From: Methanotrichaceae archaeon
GTDB lineage: Archaea; Halobacteriota; Methanosarcinia; Methanotrichales; Methanotrichaceae
NCBI GenBank assembly: GCA_963803145.1
Contig: CAWDLW010000010.1
Location: 1-38,402, forward strand
Length of the DNA: 38,402 bases
Direction: 5' to 3'
Shown here: positions 1-10,074 of the stretch, piece by piece
How the letters are laid out: every line of letters starts with the position of its first letter
Numbering within the stretch: position 1 is the first letter of the stretch
The notes under the pieces: generated by a model
The model's database searches: none
What the model saw: the letters and a program-made list of their open reading frames with translations, nothing else
What the model was told of the DNA's origin: nothing
Translations under genes and position numbers: made by a program

Positions 1-30
1 TAGCTGTGGGATCTTGCAGACGTCCCCCAT
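1..30 (-). CDS. Possible 5' end of a gene running off the window (MGDVCKIPQL...)
   Basis: ATG at 30 on the minus strand, frame open to the window edge, TTTAAATA element just upstream; only 10 codons visible. Confidence 0.3.
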   Translation of the reverse strand, partial: MGDVCKIPQL

Positions 31-127
31 AACTTGATCGATTATTTAAATGGTATTCACGCCACTGCTCGTAATGATGACACGGGCTTCTATCAAATAC
101 TTACAGAACTCAAATCCTTTTAAAACC

Positions 128-787
128 TTATTCTGTAGGCATTTCCTTTTCCAATGCTTTATTGGCCTCCTCTTCCAGGGTATCAACCATACAGCTCAGC
201 CTGCCGTAGTTTAGGATGATCTCTTTAGCAGCAGAATCAGAGCACGGCAAAATCTCGCACAGCTCATGGTCATAGGCTTCGCTATTTATTCGTCTCTCTC
301 TAAGATAATCATGACTCCACCGACCTGCGACGAGATATTTATCCAAAGGAATAGATGATCCTTTGTAGTGCTCAAGCATTGCGCTTGTTGGATCTTGCAG
401 CTTATCGAACCACGTTTTGAGCGACCCAGCCCTTTTGACATCATCGGCCTTTGTCATGCCCCTTGGCCGCGGGATCAGCTTATCCAGAGCCTGAGCCATG
501 GCTTGATCCAGGTTCATCCGGGCAAATCTGATCGAGTTCATAGTGGATGATCTTAGGCCCTTAACTCTGGCATCGACGGTTTTGCGGTATTTGTCTTGAT
601 CACCGCCTGCCTGCTGTCTAATCGATTCCATTGAGGAATTATATGTGTCCCAGCCCTTTGCAATTGAGCCTAGATAGACAGAGACTTTGTCAAGCCGCTC
701 TGAGAACTCGCATTTCTTTATCTGTCCAATGATACTCTGGATCTCCTTGATGGATTCCTGTAGATTGAAATCATTTGAATTGCCCAT
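128..787 (-). CDS. Hypothetical helical protein
   Basis: Long ORF 128..856; ATG at 787 (MGNSNDF) preferred over the upstream non-ATG start. No recognisable motif. Confidence 0.7.
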   Translation of the reverse strand: MGNSNDFNLQESIKEIQSIIGQIKKCEFSERLDKVSVYLGSIAKGWDTYNSSMESIRQQAGGDQDKYRKTVDARVKGLRSSTMNSIRFARMNLDQAMAQALDKLIPRPRGMTKADDVKRAGSLKTWFDKLQDPTSAMLEHYKGSSIPLDKYLVAGRWSHDYLRERRINSEAYDHELCEILPCSDSAAKEIILNYGRLSCMVDTLEEEANKALEKEMPTE

Positions 788-901
788 TACGTCTACATTC
801 AAAATGCAAAGGGATAAAAATTTTGGAGCTATGAGTGCACAGTCGCAGAGAACCAAAGTGGAGATGTATGCCTGATACTATAATGCCAGTATCTCCATAT
901 G

Positions 902-2188
902 CTACAGCAGCCTGGGCGGTATTCTCTGTCCCTGTAAGAGCGCGCTGTAATCCTCTGCTCTTCTTATCAATTCAGCATCGCTCCCTGATACAAGCACCTC
1001 TGCAGGCCTCGGCTGGCCATTATACTGCGATGCCATTGAAAAGCCGTAAGCTCCTGCATCAAGGAATGCCAGAATATCTCCGCGCTCAACTTTCGGCAGC
1101 TTTCTGTCTTTTGCCAGGATGTCTCCCGTCTCACAAATGGGGCCGACAATAGTGTAGGTTTCCTGTGCATCTTCTTCTGCTTTATTGGCCGCTATTACAT
1201 GGTGATAGGCATCATAGAGCATGGGTCTCGCCAGGGTGTTGAATCCCGCATCAATTGCAACGAAATTAACGTGAGCCTGCTTAACAATATTCACGCCAGT
1301 GATCATAATAGTAGTATCTGCAACTATGCTTCGTCCAGGTTCAAGTATAAGTTTCGGGTTGATGCCTAAATCAGCGCAGCCATCATCGAAGATTGGAAGA
1401 ACGCCCGCGGCCAGATCAGCGGGCTTTGGGGCAGGAATATCCGGATGATATTGTATCCCCAGGCCGCCTCCGATATCGATTATTTTCACCTCGCCACCCA
1501 AATTCACTACTTCCGCTGCTACATCCATCATCCTCGTCATAGCCTCTACGAATGGTGAAATATCCAGAATCTGTGAGCCGATGTGGCAGTGCAGGCCGAT
1601 AGGTTGAACGCGCTCGAGCTCCATAGCTCTCTTATAGGTCTCAGCCACCTGTTCGGATGGTATCCCAAATTTAGATGTCTTAAGCCCAGTCGCAATCTTT
1701 GGGTGCGTTTTTGGTGAGACATCAGGATTGATTCTGAAGAGAACTTCTATCTGGCTATCTATTTTCTGGGCTGTCTTGGAGAGATAAACAAGCTCTTCCC
1801 GTGAATCTACTGATATTTTTACGCCAGAGTCCAATGCCGCTTTATGATCGTGCTCGCTCTTTGAGTTGCCGTTGAAGAGGATCTTCTCCTTTGGTATTCC
1901 CGCAAGTCGTGCCACGGAGAGCTCGCCTGCTGAAAAGACATCTGCCCCCATGCCCTCTTGAGACAGAATCCTTAAGATCGTCAGATTGCCGTTGGCCTTC
2001 ACTGCGAAGTATTTATCAGCCTTCGGAAAGGCATTATGATAGGCTCTGATATTCTCCCGCAGCCTGGCTTCACTGGTGATATATTGAGGCGTGCCGAATT
2101 TATGCGCAAGATCAACGCAATCAGTGCCTTCGATGAATAGATGATCATTATGGGCTGTAAGGTGCGACTTGGGTCCGAACATATTCAA
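902..2188 (-). CDS. lysA: Diaminopimelate decarboxylase
   Basis: PLP Lys motif FAVKAN, SKFG, HCHIGSQ, DIGGG, EPGR, GPICETGD and GAYGFSMASQYN. Confidence 0.96.
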   Translation of the reverse strand: MNMFGPKSHLTAHNDHLFIEGTDCVDLAHKFGTPQYITSEARLRENIRAYHNAFPKADKYFAVKANGNLTILRILSQEGMGADVFSAGELSVARLAGIPKEKILFNGNSKSEHDHKAALDSGVKISVDSREELVYLSKTAQKIDSQIEVLFRINPDVSPKTHPKIATGLKTSKFGIPSEQVAETYKRAMELERVQPIGLHCHIGSQILDISPFVEAMTRMMDVAAEVVNLGGEVKIIDIGGGLGIQYHPDIPAPKPADLAAGVLPIFDDGCADLGINPKLILEPGRSIVADTTIMITGVNIVKQAHVNFVAIDAGFNTLARPMLYDAYHHVIAANKAEEDAQETYTIVGPICETGDILAKDRKLPKVERGDILAFLDAGAYGFSMASQYNGQPRPAEVLVSGSDAELIRRAEDYSALLQGQRIPPRLL

Positions 2189-2249
2189 TAGTCTCCGAGC
2201 AATAACTAAACCTTTTCCAATGAACTGTCATAAGGATTATGTATTATCA

Positions 2250-2268
2250 CGATATCATTTTGATATCA
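2250..2268 (+). promoter_or_regulatory. Probable RHH antitoxin operator (two GATATCA palindromic boxes) before an AGGAG ribosome-binding site
   Basis: cGATATCA at 2250-2257 and TGATATCA at 2261-2268, immediately upstream of AGGAG (2271) and the ATG at 2281. Confidence 0.55.
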
Positions 2269-2280
2269 TAAGGAGTTGAT

Positions 2281-2514
2281 ATGGCTCAGATTCTTGTGCG
2301 TAACTTGGACGAATCAGTTATCGAGCGATTGAAAGCCCGAGCCCGAAACAATGGACGGTCTCTGGAAGCAGAGGTAAGGCAAATCCTGGAGCAATCTGCC
2401 AAAGTAGACATGGCCACATCTCGTCGGAGGATCATGGAAATACGCAAAAAAATGGAAGGAAGGAGTTTCATTGATAGCGTTGAACTTATCCGCGAAGATA
2501 GGGAGATAAGATAG
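2281..2514 (+). CDS. FitA/Arc-like ribbon-helix-helix antitoxin
   Basis: MAQILVRNLDESVIERLKARARNNGRSLEAEVRQIL is the typical FitA-like RHH N-terminus; lies upstream of a PIN gene. Confidence 0.9.
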   Translation: MAQILVRNLDESVIERLKARARNNGRSLEAEVRQILEQSAKVDMATSRRRIMEIRKKMEGRSFIDSVELIREDREIR

Positions 2515-2521
2515 AGGAAAG

Positions 2522-2947
2522 ATGCTAGTAGTAGTCGATGCCAGCATTGCTGCTAAATGGTTCTTCATAGAGGAATATTCCGAGATCGCACTTCATCTTT
2601 TAGATAACCCTTTTGAACTTCATGCACCAGATCTATTATTTATCGAACTGGATAGTATTCTAAGTAAGCGCTTTCGGCGCAATGAGATTTCATCGGGCGA
2701 AGCATTCGATATCCATGATGAGATCTATTCTATGTCCATACAAACATATCATACACTGAATTTAGAGGAAAGAGCTTTTGAGATGGCACTCGAGACCAGG
2801 GCAAGCATCTACGATTGCATTTATCTATCCCTAGCAGAGCTTCTAGAATGCCGCATGGTCACTGCTGATCACAAGCTTTTTCGCGCTCTGGATAGCGGGC
2901 CATTGTGCGACTTTATGCTATGGATAAAAGACCTAGAAACCTCATAA
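2522..2947 (+). CDS. vapC: VapC/PIN-domain toxin
   Basis: VVVDAS, SIYDCIYLSLAE and VTAD PIN acidic motifs; 141 aa; 7 bp after the antitoxin. Confidence 0.9.
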   Translation: MLVVVDASIAAKWFFIEEYSEIALHLLDNPFELHAPDLLFIELDSILSKRFRRNEISSGEAFDIHDEIYSMSIQTYHTLNLEERAFEMALETRASIYDCIYLSLAELLECRMVTADHKLFRALDSGPLCDFMLWIKDLETS

Positions 2948-3403
2948 ACCATTTGAGCAATTTAACTTTAGAACCTCGATGCCAGCCTGCTCCATGAACA
3001 TTAGCGCTGTTTCATCTGGATAGCTTTGGCTATAGACCACCTTTCTTATGCGGGCATTAATCATCATTTTGGCACAGAGGACACAGGGCTGATGGGTGCA
3101 ATAAAGGGTCGATCCTTCGATGCTGACTCCATGAAGTGCCGCCTGGATGATTGCATTCTGTTCGGCATGAACGGCTCTACATAGCTCATGGCGCGTTCCA
3201 GAAGCCACCCCTTCGCGCGCGCAGCCAACTTCGTCACAATGAGCCAGGCCTGAAGGCGCACCGTTATAGCCTGTTGTCAGAATCCTTTTATTCCGGACGA
3301 AGAGCGCGCCCACATGATTTCGCAGGCAGGTTGAGCGTTTAGCTATAACGGTGGAAATCTCCATGAAGTACTCATCTATATCAGGGCGATCGATGTGGAC
3401 CAT
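2942..3403 (-). CDS. dCMP deaminase (ComEB-like) family protein
   Basis: RSTC, GYNG, HAEQNA and PCVLC zinc-dependent deaminase motifs. Confidence 0.92.
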   Translation of the reverse strand: MVHIDRPDIDEYFMEISTVIAKRSTCLRNHVGALFVRNKRILTTGYNGAPSGLAHCDEVGCAREGVASGTRHELCRAVHAEQNAIIQAALHGVSIEGSTLYCTHQPCVLCAKMMINARIRKVVYSQSYPDETALMFMEQAGIEVLKLNCSNGL

Positions 3404-3487
3404 TTAGCCTTTATATTCGCATTTAGCTTAAAAAGCATTGCAGTTCAGGGCAAAGTTAATATCTCGTTCCTGCATCCCCTTTTGTTC

Positions 3488-4987
3488 ATGACAATTCATT
3501 GGGCAGACGTCATCGCCCAAAAGCTCGAAAACAGCGGCCCTCATACAATTGCCACGGGCATCACACCTTCAGGTCCTGTGCATATAGGAAACATGCGCGA
3601 GGTAATGACAGCGGATGCGGTCTATAGAGCGCTTCTGGAAAGGGGCGTTGAAGCGCGTTTGATCTACGTAGCAGATACCTACGATCGTCTGCGCAGGCTC
3701 TATCCCTTTTTGCCTGAAAGCTTCAAAGAACATATCGGTAAGCCTTTATCTGAGATACCTTGCCCTACAGGATGCTGCGGCAGCTATGCAGATCACTTCC
3801 TAAATCCGTTCCTTCGATCTATGGAGCGGCTAGGTATCAAGCCTGAGATTTACCGTGCGGATGTGATGTATAAGGAAGGCAAATTCGTGAATGCGATAAC
3901 AACTGCGCTGCAGCACAGGGATGATATCGCTCGAATATTGAAAGAGGTATCTGGCCGGGATGTGCCCGAGAACTGGAGTCCTTTCCAGGTCATCTGCGAG
4001 TCTTGCGGTCGTACAAACACATCGAAGGTCATCGGCTTCGATCCCGAAAGTGAGACTGTGGAGTACGAGTGTGAATGCGGCTCAAAGGGCGTCGTATCCA
4101 TGCGCGGAGGAGGAAAGCTGGTCTGGCGTGTGGACTGGCCCGCCCGCTGGCCTATCTTCAAGGTCACGATAGAGCCTTTCGGAAAGGATCATGCAACAGC
4201 CGGAGGATCCTACGATACAGGGAAGAGAATAAGCGAGGAGGTCTATGGCTACCCTGCCCCCTTCCCCATAGTCTATGAATGGATTCACCTAAAGGGCGTA
4301 GGCGCAATGCACAGCTCTACAGGAATTGTGATCACAATCCAAGAGATGCTTGATGTTGTGCCGCCTGAGGTTCTCCGCTACCTGATCATCAGGAATAAGC
4401 CCGAGAAGCATATAGAGTTCGATCCTGCGCTTCCGCTGCTTAACCTCGTTGATGAATACGATCAAGGGAAGGGCGATGCACGAGCTCTTGAGCTGTCTTC
4501 TATAGGCGAAAGCAGGCACTTCGATATTCCCTTCAGGCATCTTGTCACAGCAGTTCAGATCTCCCGTGGTGATGATGAGCTTCTTCTCATGGCGCTAAAG
4601 AGATCTGGATATGATATTTCGGGTAAAGAGGAGATATTTGCGAGAGCTGATAATGTTAAGAAATGGCTTGAACGGTATGCCCCAAGCTTTGTAAAGTTCC
4701 AGCTACGCGAGGATCTTCCAGCAGCTGTCAACAATCTTACTCCCGAGGAAAGATTGGGACTGGGCATCCTGGCAGATAGAGTAAATGAGAAGGGTGCAGC
4801 AGAGATCCACGATGAGGTCTATGCTGTCGCAAGAGAGCTTGGCCTTGATCCCAAGAAATTCTTCCAGGGAATCTATCTGGCATTCTTAGGCGATAGACAG
4901 GGACCCAAAGTCGGCTGGTTCCTGGCTAGCATCGATCGTGAGTTCGTAAAGGCACGGCTAAGAGAAGCAGCGTCATGGTCGCAATGA
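3488..4987 (+). CDS. lysS: Lysyl-tRNA synthetase, class I
   Basis: HWAD N-terminus, TPSGPVHIGN (HIGH), GKLVWRVDWPARW, EPFGKDH and MHSS (KMSKS-like); ATG at 3488 chosen. Confidence 0.96.
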   Translation: MTIHWADVIAQKLENSGPHTIATGITPSGPVHIGNMREVMTADAVYRALLERGVEARLIYVADTYDRLRRLYPFLPESFKEHIGKPLSEIPCPTGCCGSYADHFLNPFLRSMERLGIKPEIYRADVMYKEGKFVNAITTALQHRDDIARILKEVSGRDVPENWSPFQVICESCGRTNTSKVIGFDPESETVEYECECGSKGVVSMRGGGKLVWRVDWPARWPIFKVTIEPFGKDHATAGGSYDTGKRISEEVYGYPAPFPIVYEWIHLKGVGAMHSSTGIVITIQEMLDVVPPEVLRYLIIRNKPEKHIEFDPALPLLNLVDEYDQGKGDARALELSSIGESRHFDIPFRHLVTAVQISRGDDELLLMALKRSGYDISGKEEIFARADNVKKWLERYAPSFVKFQLREDLPAAVNNLTPEERLGLGILADRVNEKGAAEIHDEVYAVARELGLDPKKFFQGIYLAFLGDRQGPKVGWFLASIDREFVKARLREAASWSQ

Positions 4988-5391
4988 AGGCTAAGATATA
5001 TCTTTCAGGTCCATTATTTAGTTTAGCTGAGATTGAGTGGGCAAGCAAACTCAAAGCATCCCTAGAGAGCCAGCTTGAAACAGAGGTGATCTGGCCGCAC
5101 GAAGTCTCCTCTGGCTCTCCAAAAGAAATATTCGAAACCAACCTTCGGGCACTCATGGGATGCGATCTCATGGTAGCGATTCTGGATGGCCCTCAGGTAG
5201 ATGATGGCACTGCCTGGGAGATGGGCTATTTTTATGCTCTAGGAAAAAGGATCTTGGGAATCAGGACCGACTTCAGAAGGGCTGGGGAGGCTCCTGAATC
5301 AAAGGTGAATGCAATGATAGAGCACTCCTGCGTATCCATCGAAGAAAGGCTGGAACAGCTCATAAAGGAGCTCAAGAGGATTCTGGATTGA
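4984..5391 (+). CDS. Nucleoside 2-deoxyribosyltransferase family protein
   Basis: IYLSGP and DDGTAWEMGY motifs; ATGA overlap with the lysS stop. Confidence 0.85.
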   Translation: MKAKIYLSGPLFSLAEIEWASKLKASLESQLETEVIWPHEVSSGSPKEIFETNLRALMGCDLMVAILDGPQVDDGTAWEMGYFYALGKRILGIRTDFRRAGEAPESKVNAMIEHSCVSIEERLEQLIKELKRILD

Positions 5392-6152
5392 TTTCGACCA
5401 TTTTCAATGCGCCTTTATTGATGGTCGAAAAGGAGCAGCGTGTTCTTGTAGCTGCTGATATCCACCTGGGCCTGGAATATGAGCTCTGGCTAGGTGGGGC
5501 GAGCATCCCTAGTCAGACTGACCGCATCCTCGAGAGATTGAAAAGACAAGTAAATGAGCTCAAGCCTGATAGGCTTATACTAGTCGGGGATGTGAAGCAT
5601 AATGTCCCCAAAACAAGCTGGCAGGAGCGGAGGGAGGTTCCTTATTTTTTGAGGGAGCTTTGCAAATATGTGAAGGTCGAGATAGTTCCCGGCAACCATG
5701 ATAGCGGTATAGCGAGTATGGCGCCGCAGGGTACAAGTGTACAGCCGTCTTCTGGCTTCGTTCTGGACGGCATAGGCTATTTCCATGGGCATACTTGGCC
5801 AAGTATTGAGCTTTTGGACTCTGAACTTCTCATAGCCGGGCATATACATCCTGCACTGAGGCTGAAAGATCAAATCGGCCACTCGACGACGATGCGCGTT
5901 TTTGCAAGAGCCCCGTTATCTGCAGAGGTTATAAGGAAACATTACAATCTTGATAAAACGCCTGAAATGATGGTAATGCCGGCGTTCAATGATCTTTGCG
6001 GAGGCATGCCCTTGAATGAGATATCTCCGGAAGATGAGCGCGGTCCGATTTTGACTATGGCCGATATAGATAAGTCCCGAATTTACCTCCTTGACGGCAT
6101 AGATCTCGGAGTCCTGAAGGAAATAAAATCCTCCATTAAAAGGCAAGGCTGA
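5388..6152 (+). CDS. Calcineurin-like metallophosphoesterase (archaeal COG1407-like)
   Basis: ADIHLG, GDVKH, GNHD, HGH and GHIHP motifs. Confidence 0.9.
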   Translation: MISTIFNAPLLMVEKEQRVLVAADIHLGLEYELWLGGASIPSQTDRILERLKRQVNELKPDRLILVGDVKHNVPKTSWQERREVPYFLRELCKYVKVEIVPGNHDSGIASMAPQGTSVQPSSGFVLDGIGYFHGHTWPSIELLDSELLIAGHIHPALRLKDQIGHSTTMRVFARAPLSAEVIRKHYNLDKTPEMMVMPAFNDLCGGMPLNEISPEDERGPILTMADIDKSRIYLLDGIDLGVLKEIKSSIKRQG

Positions 6153-6200
6153 GGAAGGGTTATATTGCAACATGAGAAGCGCTTTCTGGATGAGGTGGGT

Positions 6201-6770
6201 ATGATAAACGAAAGAGACAGGCTCCGGGAGCTTCTGCAGACGAAGGCGCTTGAGGTACGAGATGTCGTTCTATCTTCAGGGAAAAAGAGCAATTACTATA
6301 TCGACTGCAAGAGGGTCACACTTAGCCCTGAAGGGGCTTATTTGACTGCCAAGATTATGCTTGATATGATCCGGCCGGAAATCTCCGCGGTTGGCGGGCT
6401 CACACTTGGCGCGGATCCTATTGTCTCATCGATAGCAATTCTCAGTCACATCCAGGGAAGAAACTTGCCCGCGCTGATAGTAAGAAAGGAGCCGAAGAAG
6501 CACGGAACAATGAGCTTTGTGGAAGGCCCTCCATTGGAGAAAGACGCCAAGATCGCAGTAGTTGAGGATGTGGTCACCACGGGCGCATCCATTCTTAAAG
6601 CAATAAAACGTGTTGAGGCTGCCGGATACAGGCCGACTCAGATCTTGGCAATTCTTGACAGGCTGGAGGGTGGCAGGGAGGCTCTCAAGGCAGAGGGTTT
6701 CGATCTTGAGTCTATCTTCACGAGAATTGATCTCAATGTAGAAAATAGTGCTAATAATAGTAATAAATAA
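6201..6770 (+). CDS. pyrE: Orotate phosphoribosyltransferase
   Basis: LSSGKKSNYYID, RKEPKKHG and PRPP motif VVEDVVTTGAS; GAGGTG RBS before the ATG at 6201. Confidence 0.95.
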   Translation: MINERDRLRELLQTKALEVRDVVLSSGKKSNYYIDCKRVTLSPEGAYLTAKIMLDMIRPEISAVGGLTLGADPIVSSIAILSHIQGRNLPALIVRKEPKKHGTMSFVEGPPLEKDAKIAVVEDVVTTGASILKAIKRVEAAGYRPTQILAILDRLEGGREALKAEGFDLESIFTRIDLNVENSANNSNK

Positions 6771-6801
6771 ACTTGGGGGTTATGCGATAAACTCAAAATT
6801 T

Positions 6802-7416
6802 TTAGCTGGGCATTGAGCTACTGCTGTTGCTGCCGTCCGGTGAAGATGCTGTATTGGGCATAGGTCCGGGCATCATAGGCGGAGGATTAGATGGCTGGTT
6901 ATCGCTTGGCATACTACTATTTGGCATACTATCGCTTGGCATAGGTGTGGTCGAAGGTTGGAATGGCGCTGGCATTGGTGATCCCGATGATCCCGGCATT
7001 GATGGTCCTGGAGTTGATGGCGTAGATCCGCCCGTTGCCTGAAATTCCGATAGCATATTTAGCCTTCGCGTAGTTCTCTCCTCTGTATAGGATATCTGCG
7101 ATGTTATCTGATAATTTCCACTCTCGACTGCCCTGATTGGGTAGCTGATCGGCACTGAGCTTCCGGAATTAAGCGATGCAGCTTTGGCTCCAGGCATATC
7201 GGTTATGATACCTGGCGGAAGGATAGGAACTACCATAATCTGCGTGGCATTGCCCCCACTATAGGTCAATGTTAGGGTTACTATGGCAGTCTCTCCAACC
7301 GTTGCTGTCTCCGGCTGAACTTGTTGACTTGCGGTCAGCTCTGCAGTCGCCAGCCCACTGGTGATCCCCACCCCCAGGAGCAGAAGAATGGGCACTAATG
7401 ATCCCAATTGCTTCAT
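6802..7416 (-). CDS. Secreted/surface protein: signal peptide, Ig-like beta domain, Pro/Ser/Met-rich tail
   Basis: Hydrophobic N-terminus, beta-rich core (BatD/DUF11-like appearance) and a low-complexity tail with MPSD/SMP repeats also seen at DNA level (ATCGCTTGGCATA at 6901 and 6931). Confidence 0.75.
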   Translation of the reverse strand: MKQLGSLVPILLLLGVGITSGLATAELTASQQVQPETATVGETAIVTLTLTYSGGNATQIMVVPILPPGIITDMPGAKAASLNSGSSVPISYPIRAVESGNYQITSQISYTEERTTRRLNMLSEFQATGGSTPSTPGPSMPGSSGSPMPAPFQPSTTPMPSDSMPNSSMPSDNQPSNPPPMMPGPMPNTASSPDGSNSSSSMPS

Positions 7417-7566
7417 CGGTTTTTATTCTTCCTCCGCCAGATTTAAAGATACCTCTCATACGAGGTTGATATGAGGGTTAGAAATGTAATCCTTTATCGC
7501 GGGTACAACCTTTAGAGTCGCGCTATACATAAAATACTTATTTACTTCGGAGATATGGTCTAAGCG

Positions 7567-8745
7567 ATGGATGTTTCCTTCTCAGCCTGGCGGCAGACAC
7601 GTGAAGAGAGCCTTGTGCTTAAACTGGAGAGTTTTGCTTTTCTCTTTGATAGGCGTTACACTAATAGGCTCAACAGGATGAGCAGGGTATTCTTCGAGGC
7701 ATATACAAAGGCCACGAAGGAGCTAGCAACTCAGGAGGATAGATTTCCGAGCCTGAGTGAGATAGATGCCAAGATGGAAAGTGGTGCAGTGTATGCATTC
7801 AAAGATCGCCTGATGAAGAATACAGAGTTCTTTGAAGAGGTCAAGATATCTGGCGTATCCTATCTGGTGCCCCATGCACTGCGATTTGTAGATGTTTCAG
7901 GCACATATACAGATCTGGCCTTTGATTTTGATACAGGCACCGTTTTGCTTCCGACAAGAAGGAAGGTACCTGCGCAAGTTGAAACAAAGCCACAAAAAGA
8001 GGATATCGCGGCAGAGAATGAGCAGCCGGAGGCTTCTTCTGAGCCCGCGATAAAGCCCGAAGCTGAGGCACCAGAGATTGAGTCGTATCCAGAGCATGTG
8101 CCAGAGCCCTATGCTGAGGTCGAGGAGATCGCGGAGGCGCCGAAGACCACGACTGAAGCAAAGCAGGAGCCTGCTACGCCGGTAGCAGCTGTCCCGCGCC
8201 CAGAAAGCACTGCTCAAGTACTGCCTACAAAGGGCAGCAGAAGGATACCTACAATTGCAATCGCTTTGTTAGCGGCGGTTATCTTACTTGCAGCTGGCGG
8301 TTATTTTCTGATAACCCTTCCACCACAAGGCACGCCATCGATTGTGAAATATTCCGCCTTTTTATCAAATGCAAGCAATGATACATTTCTTGAGATGGAT
8401 ATCAAGAATCAGGATAACATCATGAATGAGCTGGATATGATGCTCCCGCCTGATATAGATAAAAGCATAAGCTCTCAGGGTGGAATTGTAACAATATCGC
8501 ACTCGTCTAGTACCCTTGTAAAGCTTAACTCCAGCCACGATGCGAGCATCAGGATATACCTGTTGGATAATTGGACTTCCGTTCCCGTGAACCTTAGTCT
8601 GGGTGTTCCAACGGGGTTTGACTCGAGCCTGGAGGTTCACGGCAAGGATTACAACGTAAAGCGCAAGGATAATTCTCTCATCTTAAAATTCAATTGCACC
8701 CATGAAGGCATAAACTTTGATCAGAGCTACCTCAAAAAGCGGTAA
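7567..8745 (+). CDS. Single-pass membrane protein of unknown function
   Basis: Globular N-domain, Glu/Pro/Ala linker, TM helix IAIALLAAVILLAAGGYFLI and a C-domain with several N-x-S/T sequons. Confidence 0.75.
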   Translation: MDVSFSAWRQTREESLVLKLESFAFLFDRRYTNRLNRMSRVFFEAYTKATKELATQEDRFPSLSEIDAKMESGAVYAFKDRLMKNTEFFEEVKISGVSYLVPHALRFVDVSGTYTDLAFDFDTGTVLLPTRRKVPAQVETKPQKEDIAAENEQPEASSEPAIKPEAEAPEIESYPEHVPEPYAEVEEIAEAPKTTTEAKQEPATPVAAVPRPESTAQVLPTKGSRRIPTIAIALLAAVILLAAGGYFLITLPPQGTPSIVKYSAFLSNASNDTFLEMDIKNQDNIMNELDMMLPPDIDKSISSQGGIVTISHSSSTLVKLNSSHDASIRIYLLDNWTSVPVNLSLGVPTGFDSSLEVHGKDYNVKRKDNSLILKFNCTHEGINFDQSYLKKR

Positions 8746-9754
8746 TTTCGCGATACTGGCCGAGAGAAAGGGTGCAAAGGCAGTAATAGATGATATTTCC
8801 GCCAGAGGCCTTCTTGATAAGAAGCGAAAGGTATTGATTAAGGGTAACGATATCGAGATACCCATCAAGGAATCTATCAAAGAATCTGCTATCGGCTACA
8901 AGATCATAGTCCAGGAGTCTCCAGAATTCTACCGCAGTATGCCTGACCTTGTGGATATCCTTAAGGGGGAGATGACTGCGGAAGAGCTCGGTCTTTTGCC
9001 GCGCAGCTGGTATGTCCTGGGGGACGTAATAGTAGTAAAAATACAACCAGGGCTGAACGGCTTCGAGCATAAAATTGGTTCAGCTCTCCTTGACATATAT
9101 CCTAGATGCAAATCCGTTCTACGTGATTTCGGGATCGAAGGCCAGTTCAGAGAGCCTGTTAGAGAGGTAATCGCAGGGGAAGCATCGGAGACAATTCACA
9201 AAGAGAACGGAGTGCTCTTTAAGCTGGATGCTATGAAGATTATGTTCTCACAGGGCAACCTTCGCGAACGCATCCGCATGAGCTGTTTTGGAAAGGGTGA
9301 GATTGTTGTGGATATGTTCGCGGGAATAGGCTATTTCGCACTGCCTATGGCCGTACATTCGCAACCGTCCAAGGTTACGGCTATAGAGATAAACCCCTTG
9401 GCATACAGATACCTTGTAGAAAATACAAGGCTCAACCACGTCGAGGATATCGTTCAGCCTGTCTTAGGCGATTGTATTGAGAGGACACCCATAGGTGGGG
9501 CAGATAGGGTGGTGATGGGCATGGTCCAGGTTACAGACAGATACCTGAAAGTCGGTATTCGGGCACTACGGCCCGGTGGGATACTGCACTATCACCAGAC
9601 GATCCCTTCATGGAAGTTCCCTGATGCAGCTATTGAGGATGTATCTGAGGCCGCAAAAGCGTTGGGCCTAAGTGCAGAGATACTGGGGTATACGAGAGTG
9701 AAGAAGTACTCCCCCGGAGTAGTGCATGCAGTGGTGGATGCGCGCATAGCATAA
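8717..9754 (+). CDS. taw2: Trm5/TYW2-family SAM-dependent enzyme, probably tRNA-Phe 4-demethylwyosine aminocarboxypropyltransferase
   Basis: HKENG, VVDMFAGIGYF, IEINP, LHYH and KKYSPGVVHAVVD are TYW2-like; the start codon (TTG) is uncertain. Confidence 0.8.
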   Translation: MIRATSKSGNFAILAERKGAKAVIDDISARGLLDKKRKVLIKGNDIEIPIKESIKESAIGYKIIVQESPEFYRSMPDLVDILKGEMTAEELGLLPRSWYVLGDVIVVKIQPGLNGFEHKIGSALLDIYPRCKSVLRDFGIEGQFREPVREVIAGEASETIHKENGVLFKLDAMKIMFSQGNLRERIRMSCFGKGEIVVDMFAGIGYFALPMAVHSQPSKVTAIEINPLAYRYLVENTRLNHVEDIVQPVLGDCIERTPIGGADRVVMGMVQVTDRYLKVGIRALRPGGILHYHQTIPSWKFPDAAIEDVSEAAKALGLSAEILGYTRVKKYSPGVVHAVVDARIA

Positions 9755-9932
9755 TATTGGCATATATTAGCATCAAGATAGATCGAAGTTATCATAGCTT
9801 TAAGGTCCCAGTATAAGCTTATATGCTGCTGATAGCGATCTTAATGTATATTCATTTTAAAGCTGCATCCCAGTTTTTTAGCAAACTACAGATCGATAGA
9901 TTAATAACCAATCATGGTAAGTTGAAGATCGA

Positions 9933-10008
9933 AGCCCGGTAGTGTAGCGGTCAATCACGGGAGGCTCTGGACCTCCTCACCTAGGTTCGAATCCTGGCCG
10001 GGCTACCA
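9933..10008 (+). tRNA. tRNA-Gln (anticodon CTG)
   Basis: AGCCCGG/CCGGGCT acceptor stem, anticodon arm GGAGG-CT-CTG-GA-CCTCC, T loop TTCGAAT, encoded CCA; A1-U72 is typical of archaeal tRNA-Gln; TTAATAA promoter-like element at 9901. Confidence 0.95.
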
Positions 10009-10074
10009 TCCATTCCTTATTATTTTGAAAATAAAACGCTTCATCATAGTAGATAATATAATTTCCAATCCATC

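Noticed and set aside
3395-3487. N-terminal extensions in the ORF track (lysS; likewise cysK, pyrE, Acg, SBP3)
   Set aside because: They overlap promoters or neighbouring genes, or lack family similarity; downstream ATGs match the family N-termini.
9812-9823. Perfect palindrome TATAAGCTTATA
   Set aside because: Single AT-rich 12-mer with no supporting context.
9933-10074. tRNA-Gln as an integration site
   Set aside because: No duplicated tRNA 3' end and no integrase noticed in the window.
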